Assembly: GCA_963822445.1 (NCBI GenBank)
Contig: CAWGHO010000001.1
Location: forward strand, 1,312,001-1,376,000
Direction of reading: 5' to 3'
Source: an uncultured Acidobacteriota bacterium
Lineage (GTDB): Bacteria; Acidobacteriota; Thermoanaerobaculia; Gp7-AA8
DNA length: 64,000 bases
Below the pieces are notes generated by a model. That model searched no databases. It had not been told where the DNA came from and worked only from the letters and a program-made list of their open reading frames with translations. Numbering within the stretch: the stretch's first letter is position 1; each line of letters starts with the position of its first letter. Positions 1 to 8,319 of the stretch are shown here, piece after piece. The position numbers were made by a program, and so were the translations under genes.

Positions 1-1111
1 CGGCGATGGCCAGAATCACGTGATTGAACGAGCCCAGGGTCGGGACCTGCGGATCGACGACGCCGCGCGTGGTGTGGACCAGGACGTAATGCGAATCGAC
101 GCCGATCTCCTTCAGCATCGTCTTGAGCAGCGTCGCCTTGTCCTTGCAGTCGCCGTATTTGTTGCGGAAGACGTCGCCGGCGGCGTGCGGCTGATATCCG
201 CCGATGCCGACTTCGATGGCGACGTACCGTACGTCTTTCTGCGCGAAGCGCGCGAGCGCGCGAATCGACTCCGGACTCGCCCCTGCTTTCGCGACCTCTC
301 GCACCTTGGTCTGAATCTCAGGCGTCGCCGCAAGGCGCGGTGATGCGAGACCCCAATACCACTTCGCGAGGTCGTTCCATGACCGCTGGGCGCTGCCCGC
401 TTCCGCGCTGAGCGCCGGCGGGATGAAGATCAGGCCGACGCGGCCCGCCAGCGAGGCATAGCTCGGCATGCGCGGCTCGAAATCGATGGCCGGTATGTCG
501 CGAAGATCCCAGACGGCGTTCGCGGACTCCACCGGTTTGAAGTTCGCCCAGCGCGCGTCGTACGTCCACCCCGTTGGGAGCGCCAGTTGGAGCCGCGCAT
601 TGAGCACCGGGATGTCTTCCTGAAAGTGCCAGACCGACTGCAGCAGGTACGGCCGCTTGCGCTGCGAATACTCGTAGGCGATCGTGCTGCCGGGCTCACC
701 GCTGGGGATGCGCAGGTACTTCGCGCGGGAGTCGGAGTACAGCTCGCCGTCGAACGGTGAGGTCTCGACGGCGTCCTTCTCCTTGACCTCGTACTCGTTG
801 CCTTTTGCGTCGATGGCCCAGCCGCGGAAAGACGTCAGCTTCGTGTCGTTGTCGAAGTACACCGATGCGTACGCGTAGTCACGACCGGCGTCGCTTTGCA
901 CGCGCACGACGCGGCGATAACGCGTGGTGATGTCCCCCGCGGCGGCGACGGTCAGCACGGTCTCGTCGAGCAGAACGACGGCTTTCGCGCTCTTCGCCGA
1001 CTCGGGCATGGTCGCTGGAATTGCCGCTTTGACCCAGGCCGGCACAGCCGCGTAGGCGGCGCACGATCCGGCGATGGCGAGCGCAAAGGCAAGGACGCGC
1101 GTCATCGTCAT
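1..1111 (-). CDS. DUF3857/transglutaminase-domain secreted protein (runs off window edge)
   Basis: Translated by hand: signal peptide MTMTRVLAFALAIAG, motifs VRYVAIEVGIGGYQPH, GDCKDKA (catalytic Cys) and FNHVILAI. Start overlaps stop of upstream gene (ATGA). Confidence 0.85.
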   Translation of the reverse strand, partial: MTMTRVLAFALAIAGSCAAYAAVPAWVKAAIPATMPESAKSAKAVVLLDETVLTVAAAGDITTRYRRVVRVQSDAGRDYAYASVYFDNDTKLTSFRGWAIDAKGNEYEVKEKDAVETSPFDGELYSDSRAKYLRIPSGEPGSTIAYEYSQRKRPYLLQSVWHFQEDIPVLNARLQLALPTGWTYDARWANFKPVESANAVWDLRDIPAIDFEPRMPSYASLAGRVGLIFIPPALSAEAGSAQRSWNDLAKWYWGLASPRLAATPEIQTKVREVAKAGASPESIRALARFAQKDVRYVAIEVGIGGYQPHAAGDVFRNKYGDCKDKATLLKTMLKEIGVDSHYVLVHTTRGVVDPQVPTLGSFNHVILAIA

Positions 1112-3054
1112 TCCTTCGCCACCAGCACCAGCGGCTCCTGATCGGCCGTCAGCATGGCGCCGTAGAAGCTGCGGAGGGCGTTGTAATTCTTGACGTCGAC
1201 GAGCATCACGTTGACGAACATCGAGCGCTTGAAAGTGACTGAGTTGCCGTCGGCCGTCCCCTTACTGACGTAGCCGAACGCGCCGGCCTTCAGATCGTAG
1301 CCGGACGGAACGGCGGAGACGCGCAGCGAGTCAGGGATGGTGACCTTCACCTCGTCTGATTCCGTACGCGGGTATTGAAAGTAAATCGAATTGACGCGCG
1401 CGGTCGGTGCAAAGGGATTGCGATTGTTCGCGGCGAACACGGACATCGGCACAAGGGTGCGCGAGCCGGCGCTGGAAACGAGATTCGGCAGGGACACGTC
1501 GAACGTGGCCACCAGCGGCTCGTCGAACGAGGTCGCTCCGGTGAGGCTCTTCAGCTTCACGCTGGCACCCTCGGCGAACCAGCCCTTCGCTTCCTCCTCG
1601 AACGACTTCCGGCGCGTCTCTTCGTCGCCCGTGAGCGTGCGCAGCCGGCGAAGCAGTGCTTCCTGCCCGGTGAACGTCGTGACGATCGTTCCATCGAGCG
1701 TCTCGCCGTTGATCCGGAGATCGGCGCGGCGTTTCATCGTCGAAGACTCAGGATCGAGCTGCGGCACTTCCACCCACTGCGGATCCGGTCCCTTCGACGC
1801 GCGGACGCCACGAACGCCCGACTTCTCCCACGACAGCATGCCGAAAGGCGCGTGCGGCGTCCCCGGATCGAGGAACAGCACCCGGCCGTCGATCGTGACC
1901 GTCGCGACCTCGGCATTCATCTGACCGGCGTCGGGAATCACTTCGGCGAAAAAGGTCTCGTCCCTCGGGGCGACGCGTACCACCTCGGACTGCAGTCCCG
2001 CCGCACGAGCGATGGCCACGAACGTGCGATTGATCTCGTCGCGAAATCCGGCACCCTTCTTCAGCACCTCGGCCACATTGCGCGCCTCGCTCAGCGCTTC
2101 CTTGCGCACTTCCTGATCGCTCTTGTCGATCTCGAAGCTGTAGTTGCGCAATTTCTGAACGTGCGCGTAGACCTTCTTCGCCGTCTCGGTGGGATTGGAT
2201 CCCGCGAGCTGCTGGGCCACGCTCTTCGCCTCGCCAGCCTTGCCGAGGAAATCCTCGGTCCGTTTGCTCCAGCTCTTCGACTCGACGCTCCAGAACTCGG
2301 CCGGCTTGATCCGGCTGCTCGTGTAATAGAAGTTCACGAACGACTTGAGCTGCTGTTCCGGAAGGGAGAACGCTTCTGACTGATACGCGGGGATGTTCGT
2401 GAGCTCGAGCTCGTATCGATCGCCGACCTTGACCGGCTTCTTGCCCTCGGGGAGTCCGAGGTAGGTGAAGTAGCTTTGATATTCGCCTTGCGAGTCGTAG
2501 GGCTGGAGCGTCAGCTTCGCGTGCAGGACGGGGATGTCGGATTGCAGTGACCACTGCGTGTTGAGCAGCATCGCGTCCGACCAGCGGCGCGTGAATCGAT
2601 ACTCGATGATGCTGCCGGCCTGCACGTCGGGAAGACTGAACGTCTTCGCCTTCAGAGCGGTCCGTCCGACCTTGAAGACGACCTTGTCGTAGACCTTCCC
2701 GGTGAACGGAACGATCGTGCCGTCGGGCCGGATGGTGCGCGCGTCGATCTCGGTGACCCGCCCGCGATACGGATACGCCGGCATGTACGTGATCTCGACG
2801 TCGCCGTACTTCTTCCCTTCCTCCGTGAAGATCTTGACCCGGACGTACTCCGAAGAAAATGAGTTCGTGTCGTCGTCGACGCGCACCCAGTCGAGGATCG
2901 CCGCCGATGCGCCGGGCGCGTTCGGCGCGCTCGTCATCGCCTTTTCCTCGGCAGTGGCAGGACGGAAATCCTGACTCTTCGAGTAGGCGCCATAGATGTT
3001 GGCTGTGAACAGAAACACGACGACTGCGACGGCGTGCTGCACGCGCTTGGACAT
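1108..3054 (-). CDS. DUF3857/transglutaminase-like secreted protein, apparently lacking catalytic Cys
   Basis: ORF 1108..3180 trimmed to MSKRVQHAVAVVVFLF (signal peptide). DUF3857 motifs KTFSLPDVQAGSIIEY and WSLQSDIPV; LFLDPG. Confidence 0.8.
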   Translation of the reverse strand: MSKRVQHAVAVVVFLFTANIYGAYSKSQDFRPATAEEKAMTSAPNAPGASAAILDWVRVDDDTNSFSSEYVRVKIFTEEGKKYGDVEITYMPAYPYRGRVTEIDARTIRPDGTIVPFTGKVYDKVVFKVGRTALKAKTFSLPDVQAGSIIEYRFTRRWSDAMLLNTQWSLQSDIPVLHAKLTLQPYDSQGEYQSYFTYLGLPEGKKPVKVGDRYELELTNIPAYQSEAFSLPEQQLKSFVNFYYTSSRIKPAEFWSVESKSWSKRTEDFLGKAGEAKSVAQQLAGSNPTETAKKVYAHVQKLRNYSFEIDKSDQEVRKEALSEARNVAEVLKKGAGFRDEINRTFVAIARAAGLQSEVVRVAPRDETFFAEVIPDAGQMNAEVATVTIDGRVLFLDPGTPHAPFGMLSWEKSGVRGVRASKGPDPQWVEVPQLDPESSTMKRRADLRINGETLDGTIVTTFTGQEALLRRLRTLTGDEETRRKSFEEEAKGWFAEGASVKLKSLTGATSFDEPLVATFDVSLPNLVSSAGSRTLVPMSVFAANNRNPFAPTARVNSIYFQYPRTESDEVKVTIPDSLRVSAVPSGYDLKAGAFGYVSKGTADGNSVTFKRSMFVNVMLVDVKNYNALRSFYGAMLTADQEPLVLVAKE

Positions 3055-3091
3055 GAAAAGCCTCTTGCTGGGTTGGTGGACTGCCTGCCAC

Positions 3092-4015
3092 TCAATGCCG
3101 GTCGGCAGGTGGGACATTCCAGACAATTCGCCAGATCGAGCCCTCGGCTCCCTGCCGGAGGACGTGCTGGCGCAAGGCATGGTTCATCACCCCGGAGTCG
3201 AGCAGAACCAGCTCGTCCGCATTGGTCGGTTCGGCGAGGGAGCCGCCGATCGCCCGCACAGCCTCATCCACAGTGCGGTCATGCAGCGCGGCGATCGTCT
3301 CCGAAACCGGTTTTTCGGGATTGACCTCATGCGCGGCCGCCAGCGCACAGCCGCGGAGGAGGAACGTCTCGCAGTTCTGCTGCTGAAACCACTCCAGGGC
3401 CGCGGTCAGTGTCGCGACGTGCCACTGGCGGTGCTTGCGATAGATCTTCGAGATCGCCCGGTTGCGCTCGCCGGCCGGCTTGTAGACATTCGGCTGTACT
3501 TCCCAGATCAGCGCCACGTTGCGAGCACTGTCGAATGTGGCCGAGGTTTCACCGACTGAGCCGGGGATGGTGTGCTGTTGCCCTTCGGCCTGGCCGATGG
3601 CGATGGCATCGCCGAGATCGCCGGCGACGATGTCGAAGGAGAGCGTGTCGATCCGGCCGCCGTAATGCGCGTTGCGGCCGAGGATGAGGATGCCGTTGGC
3701 GATGTCGGCGATTGGAATCGCGGCGCCCGAGGCGCGACCTTCAGCTTCTCGCGGATGCCACAGGCTGGGAGTGGGCTTGCGCTCCAGCCATCGCGGGTGA
3801 TTGCGGCGGAGAAAGCGCTCCACGACTCGCGCGCGGATGGTCAGCGTGTCCTCCGGCTGCAGCATGGATGCGGACGCGACTGTCTCCGCCAGATCGGCGA
3901 AAACGTCCAGGACCTCGTCGCCCATCGAGATGTACAGGTCGTACAGAGCGGCCTTCGTGTCGGCGCGGACGGCGTACTGGGTCAGGATCGCTTCGATGTG
4001 GGAAGGGAACGGCAT
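3092..4015 (-). CDS. hypothetical cytoplasmic protein
   Basis: Globular-looking ~307 aa ORF from MPFPSHIE; fills the gap between neighbours; no recognised family. Confidence 0.7.
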   Translation of the reverse strand: MPFPSHIEAILTQYAVRADTKAALYDLYISMGDEVLDVFADLAETVASASMLQPEDTLTIRARVVERFLRRNHPRWLERKPTPSLWHPREAEGRASGAAIPIADIANGILILGRNAHYGGRIDTLSFDIVAGDLGDAIAIGQAEGQQHTIPGSVGETSATFDSARNVALIWEVQPNVYKPAGERNRAISKIYRKHRQWHVATLTAALEWFQQQNCETFLLRGCALAAAHEVNPEKPVSETIAALHDRTVDEAVRAIGGSLAEPTNADELVLLDSGVMNHALRQHVLRQGAEGSIWRIVWNVPPADRH

Positions 4016-4071
4016 CTCCGAGTTATTATGACCGTACCTCAGCACCGGTCCCGAAAGGTCTTATCCCAATC

Positions 4072-6039
4072 ATGCGTCGAACGATCCTTGCCACACTCGT
4101 GGTGTGTCTGCTCTTTCCGCAGTTTGCTTCCGCAAACTGCACATTCGGTCTACTGTCCGAAGTTGAGTCGCCGACCGGCGACAACCCCGGCAGATTCACC
4201 GTGGCTGATTTCAACGGAGACACATACCCCGACGTGGCCGCGGTGAGGCTTCAGTCAGGAAGCGTCGCCATCCTCCTGGGCACGGGCACGGCCACCTTTC
4301 AGGCACCGACGTTGGTAGACGTCATTTATGTCGTCTCCGGGATCGGTGGCATCACCTCGGCCGACTTGAACTCCGATGGAGACATGGACCTCATCGTTCT
4401 CGCCGGTGGCAAGACGATGGTGAGGCTGGGCAATGGCGACGGCACATTTACGGCCGGCGACGACGAACAGGTCGGTCAACAGGCCGACATCGTTTCCGGC
4501 GACTTCAATTCCGATGGGAATCTCGATTTCGCGGTCTCGAGACAGAACTCGGCCGGGTTCAACCTGCTCCTCGGCGACGGCGCCGGCAACATCACTCAGA
4601 AATCGCTGAATGACGTACCCAAGGATCCGGGCCCGGGTGCGTGGGTGGACGGAATCGCCGCGGGAGACTTCGACGACGACGGCAAACTCGACGTAGCGGT
4701 CAGCGACATGATCAACGACAAGGTCTGGGTTTACTTCGGCATCGGAGACGGCACGTTCACGAGAAGCCTCACGCCGATCGTCACGACCACCGAACCGGAC
4801 CATCAACCCGGTTCTCTCGTGAGCGCCGACTTCAACGGCGACGGCAACGCCGATCTCGCGGTGGCCAATTTCGATCCTTACGGGAACGTCGCGGCGCCGT
4901 CGCTGTCGATCGTACTCAGTAACGGCGATCGGACATTCGCGTCTCCAGTGCCGTACGGCTCCATCAGCCAGTCCCGGCAAGTCATCACTCACGATGTCGA
5001 CGGAGACTCGATCCTCGATGTGCTCGTGGCGGGAAGCTATCAGCTCTATGTCTTCCGCGGACTCGGGAACGGCACGTTCGCCACGCAAACGCCCATCAAC
5101 ACCGGCGGTGGCAACCTGGGCCTGGGGATTCTCGATGCCGACCGTGATGGAGGCGCTGACGTCGCGGTCTCCCATCACAGCGACGACACGATCGGCGTTT
5201 TCCTGAACACCTGCGGCCAGGTGAATCTCGAACTGATCTCCTCGGCCAACCCCGCATCACACGGCAACAGCTTCACCATCACCACGTCGCTCACTTCCAA
5301 TCCGGGCGCAACGGGAACGCTCACGCTGTCGCGCACCGGCGGAGGAACGCTGGGATCGACGAATCTGAGCGCCGCGACGGGCGTCAGCGCGACGCAGATG
5401 CTGCCGATAGGCACTTATGAATACGTCGCGACGTACAGCGGTGACTCGCGCTTCTCCGCCGCGACGCGAACGCTCATCCAGACCGTGCAGACCGCGCCGT
5501 TCGGCCCTCCGCCGGGACTCGTTGCGACCAGCACCGGCGGCAGCGTGCAGCTGACCTGGTACGCAACCAGCGGAACGGCCAAGTACGAGATCTGGCGCCA
5601 GGGCAGTCTGGGGTCGTTCCAGGTCGGCGAGACGACCAACACTTTCTTCACCGACGACGCCCCGCCCTCGAGCGCGTTCGTTTACTGGGTCCGCGCGATC
5701 TCGCCGACGAACATCGCCTCGGACAACAGCTCGGACTTCACCATCACCCACGCGTTCACGGACGAGAACATCATCGCCGGCGCGACGCTGGTGAAGGGTG
5801 TGCACATGACCGAGGTGCGGAACGCGGCCAATGCCCTGCGGTCTCTGGCGGGAGTTCCCGCAGCAGCGTGGACCAGCTCGACGGTCGTGCTGGCCGCACA
5901 GTTCAACGAGGTCCGCACGGCGATCAATCAGGCGCGGACGGCACTCGGCTTCAGCGCGGCCACATTTACCGACACGCTGACCCCGGGAGTGGCGATCAAG
6001 GGCATCCACATGATGGAGCTGCGCGCGGCGATGCGATGA
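4072..6039 (+). CDS. secreted FG-GAP/VCBS repeat protein with Ig-like and FN3-like domains and conserved C-terminal repeat domain
   Basis: Signal peptide MRRTILATLVVCLLF; about 7 DFNGDG..D repeats; ATYSGDSRF Ig-like motif; PPGLVAT..VQLTW FN3-like motif. Confidence 0.88.
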   Translation: MRRTILATLVVCLLFPQFASANCTFGLLSEVESPTGDNPGRFTVADFNGDTYPDVAAVRLQSGSVAILLGTGTATFQAPTLVDVIYVVSGIGGITSADLNSDGDMDLIVLAGGKTMVRLGNGDGTFTAGDDEQVGQQADIVSGDFNSDGNLDFAVSRQNSAGFNLLLGDGAGNITQKSLNDVPKDPGPGAWVDGIAAGDFDDDGKLDVAVSDMINDKVWVYFGIGDGTFTRSLTPIVTTTEPDHQPGSLVSADFNGDGNADLAVANFDPYGNVAAPSLSIVLSNGDRTFASPVPYGSISQSRQVITHDVDGDSILDVLVAGSYQLYVFRGLGNGTFATQTPINTGGGNLGLGILDADRDGGADVAVSHHSDDTIGVFLNTCGQVNLELISSANPASHGNSFTITTSLTSNPGATGTLTLSRTGGGTLGSTNLSAATGVSATQMLPIGTYEYVATYSGDSRFSAATRTLIQTVQTAPFGPPPGLVATSTGGSVQLTWYATSGTAKYEIWRQGSLGSFQVGETTNTFFTDDAPPSSAFVYWVRAISPTNIASDNSSDFTITHAFTDENIIAGATLVKGVHMTEVRNAANALRSLAGVPAAAWTSSTVVLAAQFNEVRTAINQARTALGFSAATFTDTLTPGVAIKGIHMMELRAAMR

Positions 6040-6043
6040 GGGC

Positions 6044-6538
6044 CTAGGGATTCAGCGCCGCCCAGTCGACCTGCTCGAGAAACACGATCCGCAACTGCGT
6101 CAGGTTGTCGGTGGTGATATTGACGCGGTACAGGCGGGCGGCAGGGTCCGCGGGCTCATTGGTCAGTGCGCAGCGGAAGCTGATTCCGCCGCTGCAGTTG
6201 CGGTCGCGGCGGCCGATGCGGATGGAATGCTCGCGCTGGCCGGGCGCGCCGGCCGCCGGGAAGGTGAATTCGAGATCGAGCAGTGCAACGCCGAACGGGT
6301 GCTGCTCGTCGAAGCGAATCTCGTAGTCGCCGCCGACCACGTGGATGGAGTTGAAGGCCATGGCCTTTCTCAACTCGTCGCTGATCGTGAAGTCGTCCGG
6401 CTCGTTGAACGGAATCGCCGCGCGCGCGCCGGCGGTTGCGGTGGCCGTCGCCGGCGGCGGCGTTGAATCGGAGGGCTGGGTGGTCGTGCAGGCGACGAGG
6501 GACAGGGCGATCAGCAGCGGACCGACGATGTGTTTCAT
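6044..6538 (-). CDS. hypothetical lipoprotein
   Basis: MKHIVGPLLIALSLVAC lipobox followed by a Pro/Thr/Ala linker. Confidence 0.7.
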   Translation of the reverse strand: MKHIVGPLLIALSLVACTTTQPSDSTPPPATATATAGARAAIPFNEPDDFTISDELRKAMAFNSIHVVGGDYEIRFDEQHPFGVALLDLEFTFPAAGAPGQREHSIRIGRRDRNCSGGISFRCALTNEPADPAARLYRVNITTDNLTQLRIVFLEQVDWAALNP

Positions 6539-6646
6539 GAAGGGATAGTGAGCAATCCCCTCATTTCGTTTCAAAAAACGAAGGGAGGGGGCCGCGAATG
6601 GGGTTGATCGCGGGTGCACCGACGTTGGAACGAGCGGATCCGGAGA

Positions 6647-6979
6647 TCACGTGAGATCGCGCCACGAAAGCGTGTGGACCTCGCCGCTCTTAACATCAGG
6701 AAGCATCTTCAACAGCGTGGGGACAAGCTCCCGAAGGTGGCGCAGACGTGCCGACCGTGCTCTCAAGACGACAACGCCGATTTTGAAGCGCACGACGTGC
6801 TGCTGGAAAGAGAGATTCTTGTCCGTTGTCACGAGAACATCGAAGTTCTGTTCTGCCCGTCTGAGCAACGCGCCGTTGACGGTCTCGGTCCATCCCATCT
6901 GGCGCACCGTCTTTACGTCGTGGCTCGGCAGGTCTCGAAGAAGGCGCCAATCGACACACTCGTCGATCAGTATCCTCAT
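6647..6979 (-). CDS. DUF5615 family PIN-like toxin
   Basis: MRILIDEC...DVLVTTDKNL; ATGA overlap with the DUF433 gene. Confidence 0.85.
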   Translation of the reverse strand: MRILIDECVDWRLLRDLPSHDVKTVRQMGWTETVNGALLRRAEQNFDVLVTTDKNLSFQQHVVRFKIGVVVLRARSARLRHLRELVPTLLKMLPDVKSGEVHTLSWRDLT

Positions 6980-7188
6980 CCTGCTTCTGCCAGGACGCGC
7001 GCCTTGGTTTCCTCGAGAAACGTGATCACCTGCTCGCGGCTGACGGAAGGAAAGCCTTCGAGAAAGTCCTCGATCGACTCGCCGCCTTCCAGATAATCAA
7101 GAAGGTTCTCGATCGGAACACGCGTTCCGGCGAAGACAGGAGTACCGCCCATCACTTCAGGCGAAGACGCAACGACCGTGCTCTTCAT
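6976..7188 (-). CDS. DUF433 family antitoxin
   Basis: PEVMGGTPVFAGTRVPIENLLDYLEGGESIEDFLEGFPSV signature. Confidence 0.92.
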   Translation of the reverse strand: MKSTVVASSPEVMGGTPVFAGTRVPIENLLDYLEGGESIEDFLEGFPSVSREQVITFLEETKARVLAEAG

Positions 7189-7253
7189 CAGCCAAGTATC
7201 GCCAGTTTCGCAAGTGATGCAACCGGGTGTAGGTGCAGCTCAGGCGATAGCCG

Positions 7254-8240
7254 CTACGCCGCCATGCGCGCGCGAGCCATGTCCAGCAGCCGCTGCGCGT
7301 CGGCCACCGCTTCGATGTCCTGCAGGCCCATGCGGATGTCCTTGCCGTGCGGGATTCCCTTCGAGAACCAGCCGATCACGGTGCGGGCCTTGTGCAGCTT
7401 CCAGCGGTCGATCTGCGGCGCGCCTTCGATCTTCGCCAGGTACCGGTGCATGGCGTCGATGCGGCGCTCCACTTCATCCTCGACCGAGGCCTCGCCGTTC
7501 ACGTACGCGTGAATGTCGCGGAAGATGAAGGGATTGTGCAGCGCGGCCCGGCCGATCATCACGCCGTCGACGTTGGTCTGCTCGAACATGCGGATGGCGT
7601 CGGCGGCCGTCTTCACGTCGCCGTTGCCCCACACGGGGATCTTCAGTTCGCTCTTCACCTGGGCGATGTAGTTCCAGTCGCTCGCGCCGGTGTAGGACTC
7701 GTTGCGCGTGCGGCCGTGGATGGCGATCGCGGCCACGCCGATGTCCTCGAACCGCTTGAGCAGCGGAATGACGTCGTTCGACTCCCAGCCCTTGCGCACT
7801 TTCACGGTCACGGGGATCTTCACCGCGGCCTTGATCTTCTCGACCACGCGTGCGGCCTTGTCGAAGTCCTTGAGAAGCGCCGAGCCCGCGCCGCTGCTGA
7901 CGACCTTCTTCACCGGGCAGCCCATGTTCACGTCGACGATGTCCACGCCCTCGGCCTCGACGATCGCCGCGGCGTCGTCCATCCGCTCCGGATCGCCGCC
8001 GTAAATCTGAATGGCGACCGGACGCTCGTTCTCATTGAAGGCGAGCATCTGATGCGAGCGGTCGTTCTTGCGCGTGAGGCCTTCCGCCGAGATGAATTCG
8101 GACACGACGAGGCCCACGCCACCGAGCTCCTTGATCAGCGACCGGTAATACGTGTCGGTGACCTCGGCCATCGGCGCGAGTGCGAGCGGCGACGGAATGT
8201 GCACCGACCCGATCGAAAACGTGCGCTCCAGGTAATTCAT
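7254..8240 (-). CDS. dusB: tRNA dihydrouridine synthase
   Basis: LAPMAEVTD, DVNMGCPVKKV, IHGRTR, GNGDV, GVMIGRAAL motifs. Confidence 0.92.
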   Translation of the reverse strand: MNYLERTFSIGSVHIPSPLALAPMAEVTDTYYRSLIKELGGVGLVVSEFISAEGLTRKNDRSHQMLAFNENERPVAIQIYGGDPERMDDAAAIVEAEGVDIVDVNMGCPVKKVVSSGAGSALLKDFDKAARVVEKIKAAVKIPVTVKVRKGWESNDVIPLLKRFEDIGVAAIAIHGRTRNESYTGASDWNYIAQVKSELKIPVWGNGDVKTAADAIRMFEQTNVDGVMIGRAALHNPFIFRDIHAYVNGEASVEDEVERRIDAMHRYLAKIEGAPQIDRWKLHKARTVIGWFSKGIPHGKDIRMGLQDIEAVADAQRLLDMARARMAA

Positions 8241-8319
8241 CGCAGGAATGGAGTTTAACGTCGGCACCGGGCGTTCCAATCCCGCGATCGTCGAATCGCC
8301 TGGATCCGTCCCAAAAAAC

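Noticed and set aside
6557-6590. Hairpin CCCCTC..TTCGTTT/AAACGAA..GAGGGG as a terminator
   Set aside because: Imperfect stem with no U tract after it on either strand.
6647-7188. TA pair as part of a mobile island at dusB
   Set aside because: A common DUF433/DUF5615 module with no integrase or att repeats visible.
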